Source of the DNA: Haliotis cracherodii
Lineage: Eukaryota
Assembly: GCF_022045235.1 (NCBI RefSeq)
Contig: NW_027266282.1
Coordinates: 4,960,001-5,024,000 of the forward strand
Direction of reading: 5' to 3'
Length of the DNA stretch: 64,000 nucleotides
The translations under genes and the position numbers were made by a program. Positions 57,501 through 64,000 of the stretch are shown in pieces; position 1 is the first letter of the stretch, and each line of letters starts with the position of its first letter. Under the pieces are notes generated by a model. That model saw nothing but the letters and a program-made list of their open reading frames with translations. It did not search any database and was not told where the DNA came from.

Positions 57501-60180
57501 TTTCATTTGTTAAGACAGGCATGAGTGATTGACCCTGAAAGGGTACTTGTAAATCTGCATATTACTCAGTTATTAAATTGTATTGCAAAAGTGGCTAAAC
57601 ATACAAACATACATACATAGCTTGGTCTGTATTTTATTTATTCTCTTCATAAATCACAAGGAAATATGCTAATGAATTAGTTTATCATTATTTAAAATTC
57701 TTTCAGAGATTTGGTTGACATGGTATATAACTAGTATATCTTGGAGCATTAGAAATTGGCACTCGTCCTGTAGTTCTCGCCAAACAGCCCAGTAGTTGAG
57801 GTATCATAAGGACTAGTATAAATTTGCCATTCATATTTTTAAACGAAAAGATAGGTGTACTGATATACATTGTTTTAAATATTTGTATATGATGGCAATT
57901 CAACATGGAAAGTTAATTTATTTCGTGCAGGTAACGTTCATTTGTTGTTATCCATTGACAAATGCAATAAATATTAATGAAAGTCAAGGGGGGATAACTC
58001 TTCATAATTTAAAAAAAAAAATCTTCAGCAGTGACTGTTGTTAACCCTAACTTATATATTACTCTAAAATAACGATTAATTTATAAACATTTTGCAATAG
58101 GATGGCATTAAGTATTAATCTGAATATTAAAATCATCTTATAAATATAGGGGATACCTAGGTGCACCCCAAACATGTAATTCTAAATGACCAGCATGTAA
58201 TCATTATTATTAATTCAAAATGTCATTACTTTGACATATACTTTGGATTTGTTTCTTGAAATATGATGAAATATCAATGAAAGATACTTTTCTTGTAGGT
58301 TCAATAACTGGTCTCCTTGACCTTCCAGTTAAGCTTATTGAGCTGATCTGCATATATCTTCCGGTCAAAGAATTAGTTATAGTCTGACATTTAATTAGTT
58401 GTTTCCTTGTGAAGTTATAGAGTCCTGAACAATAACTAGTTACATACAGACAACATCTATCTATCCATGTCTTTAATGTCACAATCCACCTGGGGATGCA
58501 TTGTCCACCTGGGGATGCATTGGGACGGGTTTTTAAAAAAATTATTTAAAAAAATTAAAAAATCAGTGTCTCAGTTAATTTTATGTTTGTGAGATAATTA
58601 TTTTGTTCATTGATTCATTATTTAGGTGTTGATTAGAAGATGTGTCTATTTCTTTTTTAATCCATTTCAATTGGGATATAGATATCTAGACTGGATATTA
58701 CAAATTGCACCCCGGTCTCACCTACTAAATCAGATAAATATTGTCATTTTTTTACCTAACACTCAATGAAATTTTGGATATTATTCCCAACATAGTTTAT
58801 TTACATCGCCTATGTGTAACTGGTCTTCTGCGCTGAATGCAGTGCCAAGTCGCGCGAATTATCGCGAGGAAATAGTCAATCGGACAATTTGACAGGATGG
58901 TCAAGATATCACATGTCGTCTTGGTCAAATTTCATTTTTTCCCCGGCGGTACTCAAATATGCAAACCCATAAAGATAACCGGTGGGGGATATCAGAACTT
59001 ACCCCTAAGATGCTCGATCAGTGGTAGTTTTATTGAACCATCTGCATGAGGGATCACGTTAAATGTTTATGTCATGTGAGAGCAAGGCACGAGTTGGACA
59101 CGGGTACAAGTTGGCAAGCTATCGGCAAGTGAAATTTGGAATTGAATGCTGAAACGAATATCAGTCGAAAAGTTAACCGGGACGGATAATCAAACGCCTG
59201 ATCATTATTCAGATATCTTTATGTTTACTATTATTGATTGCATGTAATGTCAAGTAAGTACGGTACATCCATACAATAGCCCTACATGTCGCGAATACCG
59301 AGTGGCGGCCATTTCAGTTCGAGAAATAGTACGTGCAGTCTGTGTAGTGTTACTCGCTGTCCCGTCTATTATGTTTTAACAAACTTCGGATAACAAGTTA
59401 TTGACGGACGTTAGGTTGGAAGTGTCTGTTTAAAATAAGAAAATATCATTTATTTAAATCCGTATTCGTGACCAGCGTGCGCCGAAGATTGTATGAGGTA
59501 AACATGACAAAAAAATTTTTACATCGGTAAATATTGTAACGACTTGTAATTTTCACAGACGATTATTTACATTAAAATTTGCATAGCCTTACACACATTT
59601 CTTTCAGGAGTGGTGCTACAAAATATCATTTGTGTAAACCAAATCAATGAAGCATTTTACATGGAAAACAGTTCATGTCAACTTCCCGTAATTTGCTTTG
59701 ACATCGTGAAAACTGATATTTTTCTCTCTCGATTATTTGCAAGTCTAATCATTCATGCGCATATCTCTGTTTCGGAACACATCTAAATAAATGTCATATG
59801 GTTAGAACCATGAAGGTATTTCCTGTCAAATGTTATTCATTTCAAATAACATATATTTATGACAAAGACACAGTACCGGTGTTCATGTGGTCATGGGGAT
59901 GTTTCAATATTCACCGAAAGTAAGAAAAACACGAAATTAGGACTACTCACACTTTCAACGATGGTACCAGAATGTCAATAAACTCATTTTGCAACAACTT
60001 TTAGACTCACAGAAAGGCAATTTAAAGATCTATTATGTCGTATAATTTCGTAACGTTGTGAGAAGAAATAAGAACGTTGTTACACTTTTTAAACGATGTA
60101 TACGTTTTTGTAACCGCGACGTCAGCACAGTGCGGCACTGAGCGGTTTGCAGGCTGACTGACGTCCAGGCACCATGAGGG
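54571..60180 (+). mobile_element. piggyBac transposon with the left end missing
   Basis: Right terminus ...GGCACCATGAGGG|TTAA at 60180 and a transposase gene inside; no TTAA-CCC left end is seen upstream. Linking this terminus to the transposase is an inference. Confidence 0.75.
54602..57114 (+). CDS. piggyBac transposase (PGBD4-like), intron-containing; spliced frame open, about 499 aa
   Basis: GT-AG exons 54602-54617, 54767-55049, 55386-55568, 55771-56268, 56441-56622, 56777-57114 sum to 1500 nt in frame. ETNKYA, EMRAFLGL, MTRNRF; DDD triad in CVDE, TLDSYF and YNHTMGGVDLGDQ; NAYVVY; C-terminal CRD CAVC..CPDC..LC...CF..YH. The first mini-exon and ATG are less certain. Confidence 0.85.
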
Positions 60181-60350
60181 TTAAGCAACTTTTACGGAGT
60201 GTTTCATATGCTGAGCAACGTCACAGAGTGTTTCATACGTTGAGCAATGTCACGGAGTGTTTCATACGTTCAGCAACGTCACAGAGTGTTTCATACGTTG
60301 AGCAACGTCACGGAGTATTTCATACGTTGAGCAACGTCACGGAGTGTTTT
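60181..60350. repeat. 29-bp minisatellite, block 2
   Basis: About 6 units; the first is a TTAA-bearing variant. Confidence 0.85.
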
Positions 60351-61818
60351 TTATTACCCACGTGGTGAACATACAGGTGGTAAGATAATAAATCCGTACG
60401 TCACACGTGTGTCGTACAAGGTTGACCTTGTTTTATTCGTTTTGATTGGATAACCGTGACCTCTGTCACACCGGGACTACTTTTTTCATTCATAAAAATC
60501 GCGAGACGTCATTCCTTTTGCAACCACAAGGTAGAACTGAAGAAATTAATGAGAACGAGAGATATTTACAAACACTTTATTAAACCAAACAAAATAGTCA
60601 CAGGCATCAAATTCAGTTTGCATTCTATACAAGTTATGCATAGAGCTTCTACAAACATTATATAATCGCGCTATATCCATTTACAATGTACGACTACCGA
60701 TCAATAGAGCGAGGGCCCCCATGAGCGTGACGCACCTGACCACTTTCGCAACTTTCAATTTGATTTAACGTAAAGGGATAAGCGTTGTGAAATGAAGTAT
60801 GTTTAAACTATCTGGACAGATATTTAGCCTTACTTGGGATGATCCGGTTGTTCCATCAGTGTCCCCTTCGGAGCGTATTTTGTGGCGCTGTTTCGGGAGA
60901 TGTTGTTCATGAATGAACGTACACGACTGCACTACCATATCACCAAAAGAGAACAGTTCTGATAAAAATCATTCGAAAGCTCCGTGGAAGTGTGCCTGAC
61001 TTCTGATTGTGTGGCCCCAAACATCCCAAATGTGAACAATAACATTCCCTATCTCTTGCGTAAAACGCTGTGAGTAGGCCTAGATCACGGTTGTCTTTTC
61101 TTATTCCTGTGGTGACCTTGCCCTTCGATCGTTCGAAGCAGTCACTGACATGCAAGCCGACTTGAGTTTGTTGATTTTCACGTCTTCAGTATAGGGTGGT
61201 ACAGTTAACATGAATGTCTTTGGCGAATACTCTGATTTCCCTCTTCCAAAATGGTACGATGATATAAATTCTGCTGATAGATCAAGGAAACCGAACCATA
61301 TTGATTGCACAGACGGGACACCGGCAGTGCGAGTGACCGACTGTTAGTCCAAAGCGCGGCGCTAATGTGACTTTTCAAATTTTCATAAAGGTCCTTCGTA
61401 CTAAAAACATGGCACTTGAATTAACTTAAGTTGAAGAATTTCGTCCATAAGGATCTTGAGCGTCGGTGCTGTTTTGTTTGCAAACATAACTGCAGGGACA
61501 TGTTGTTTATGCGTATGCATAGACATGTCAACAATGCCCATATTTGGGCATATATCAATATTCATGCACAACCAGATTTTGCAACCGGTTTCAGTTTGGT
61601 CGGTCAACGAACGAAAGTTGTTATGTATTTACACTTAAATATATATTTAATGTGGGTAATAAATAAAATACCACACTAATTCTCGTTAGATACCATTTTT
61701 ACGAAACTCGTGAACTTTCTATGTTATCTGACCTCGCTTTCGCTCGGTCAGATACCATAGAAAGTCCACTCGTTTCGTAAAAAAAGTATCTAACGAGAAT
61801 TAGTGTAGTATTCTCTAT
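60351..61818. mobile_element. Asymmetric non-autonomous element with no TSD (Crypton- or Helentron-like)
   Basis: Interrupts a minisatellite unit with no duplication. Left terminus TTATTACCCAC is inverted at about 61652-61662 (GTGGGTAATAA), followed by a long hairpin at 61667-61812. Confidence 0.6.
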
Positions 61819-61940
61819 ATACGTTGAGCAACGTCACAGTGTTTCATACGTTGAGCAACGTCACGGAGTATTTCATACGTTGAGCAATGTCACGGAGTGT
61901 TTCATACGTTGAGCAATGTCACAGAGTATGTCACGGGATA
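61819..61940. repeat. 29-bp minisatellite, block 3
   Basis: About 4 units continuing the interrupted array. Confidence 0.85.
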
Positions 61941-62266
61941 TTCATGCAAGCACACCACGTATTTGCATACACATACAAGATCATTAAAATCTATCTTCCT
62001 AGTCGATGTATTTTATATTGTATAAGAACACATTTGTTATGATATTTGTCTTACTTTATATTGAAACCATCTCATATTTACACATGTCTTTATATTTCTG
62101 TATTCTGATTTTGGCTTGGGTAAATTTGTGTATACAGAAACGTACGGGGTACATATCTACTGTGTAGATGTTCTGGTACCCATGGAGACAGCCACCCGTT
62201 CATCTCCCCAAGCATCAATACTGCTCACTGGGATATTAATTATTATCAAGATCAGGTATTTGTTAA

Positions 62267-62500
62267 CCCTCATTGTGCCTGGCCGTCTGCATACCGTTCA
62301 CTGCCGCACTCAGATGACGTCGCGGTTTTAAAAACGTATACATCGTATTAAAAGTGTTACAACGTATATATTTCTTCACACGGTGTAACCAAATTGTATA
62401 ACATGCAACTCGAGTGATTGCCTTTCCAACAATATCTAATGTCAACAAATCCAAAAGATCTATGCACTGCCCAGTCATTGATGAAAGTGCTGGTATTGTA
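62267..62500. mobile_element. Terminus of a second, related piggyBac element
   Basis: TTAA|CCCTCATTGTGCCTGG..GACGTCGCGGTT..AAAAACGTATACATCGT is an inverted homologue of about 60070-60180. The inner boundary is approximate. Confidence 0.7.
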
Positions 62501-63204
62501 AGTTTCCTACTTTTCTACATAAATCGTTATATGGAAGCTGGCAAGTATGCGCCCTTGTTTGAAATCTAAATGTCCCAATAGTCCATACCATTGGAAAGTA
62601 CATTTCCTAACGGTGATAGACATATGACATTTATGTCGAAGTACACATTCATTAAGAATTTTCCGTGATATATAAAAAATCCCGATGAAATTGTCAGTGT
62701 TTTTGACGTCAAAAACAAATTGACGGTAGTGGTCGTGATTGGTTCATACGCAGACTGTTTCAAAGATTATGTTACAAAACGAATGACAGTTTTGAATGTA
62801 TATCTTGTAGAAGTCCCGATTACATCCATGTAGATTTCCGTGTCAGTTCTCTTTCATTAGTGATAAAAACAACTTCGGGGTAATTGTCATCGGACATTTT
62901 CACAGGACAAGGCTCTACCACCCAAGAGTAAGTACACGTTGATTCAATAAAAATCGTTGAAACCTTTTCATGGGCAGCAAATCTATTCAACAAACCTATT
63001 TTCGATCACTCGTAACTCGGACGCCACATGTCATACAAGCATTGCTTCGTTGTGCAATCACACAGACCGCTTACTTATACTTCGGGCGGTATGCTGTATT
63101 GTTAATGGTTTAACCTAACTTATAAAAAGCTTGAAACGAGATGTAATTGGACTATTTTAACACTTGAATTTGAAAGCTCGAGAAACGTAGATCAATGGGC
63201 TATC

Positions 63205-63349
63205 AGTTATACTGATATAACGAACTGTTTTGTTTTTTGTCCAGGATATTTGCTGTATAGATGTTGTATGTATGCTTATAACGAACTGCGGTTATAACGA
63301 ACTAAAAATAGTGGTCCCTTTGAGTTCGTTTTAACTGTAGTTTACTGTA
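63205..63349. mobile_element. Tc1/mariner-type MITE end fragment
   Basis: Repeated tataacgaact motifs and the terminus gttcgttttaac..tttactg|TA. Confidence 0.45.
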
Positions 63350-63732
63350 GAAGGAAATGATAACTTGCACAGGTGAAAGAAGGCAATATTTTTGTTTTTT
63401 TCGGTACGGTTATAAGCAATCGATTATATGTATTGTGTGTAGGTGTAATTACTTAAATTCCTGTTATAAATTGAACCATGCGCGATTCTAAAATATGAGG
63501 CTAAAATATTGAAAAGGTTGTTTATAATTGGATCCATTTTGACAGCTTTAACACTGTAAAACATTCCATTCCACTACTCTAGCCTCGTTAGTCCAGCCAA
63601 AATGTTACTCTATAATACCAGCCCAATTTCGGCAAGAGTGGAAACCGGACTGGGGGGGGGGGCACTTCACTTGTCCCAAACTTGTATTTTCATTATTCAA
63701 ATAAAACTGTGTTCTACAAAACAAAACGAAAT

Positions 63733-63990
63733 TCAGGTCTTCAGCAACCAATGCTTGCCGTAAAAGGTGACTATGCTTGTCATAAAAGGCGACTAACGGG
63801 ATCGGGTGGTCAGGGTCGCTGACTTGGTTGATGCATGTCATCGATCCCAATTGCGTGGGTCCATGCTCGTGATATTAATCACTGGATTGTCTGGTCCAGA
63901 CTCGATTATTTACAGACCGCCGTCATATAGCTGGAATATTGCTGAAAGCGGCGTTCAACAACCAACCAACCAACCAACCAACCAACCAAC
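63733..63990 (+). mobile_element. SINE family B copy with (CAAC)n tail
   Basis: Reverse complement of 27951-28215. Confidence 0.85.
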
Positions 63991-64000
63991 TAGTGGGCTA

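Noticed and set aside
57700-58482. Second (cargo) gene in the piggyBac 3' region
   Set aside because: Only short, stop-riddled frames with no recognisable homology.

Overview
AT-rich, repeat-dense animal genomic DNA with spliceosomal introns; the SINE families and TRIM expansion suggest a marine mollusc such as abalone (inference only). From left to right it holds: (1) a complete 6-exon DNTTIP2/Fcf2 gene; (2) a full-length but disabled Academ DNA transposon (XPG/PIN-nuclease type); (3) a non-autonomous piggyBac splitting a SINE; (4) a cluster of five TRIM (RING/B-box/B-box/coiled-coil, RBCC) genes with intronless CDSs; (5) an intron-containing piggyBac transposase whose spliced frame is still open, lacking its left end and preceded by a probable solo LTR; plus many SINEs, MITEs, Penelope fragments and minisatellites. 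The TRIM cluster is the most striking part. A head-to-head TRIM-NHL pair shares near-identical N-terminal tracts, and one member has lost the first RING cysteine. In a tandem trio, one copy keeps its NHL propeller, while the other two end in 28 or 54 copies of a 13-aa coding VNTR, with their NHL sequence decaying behind a shared frameshift. All calls were made by eye without database searches.
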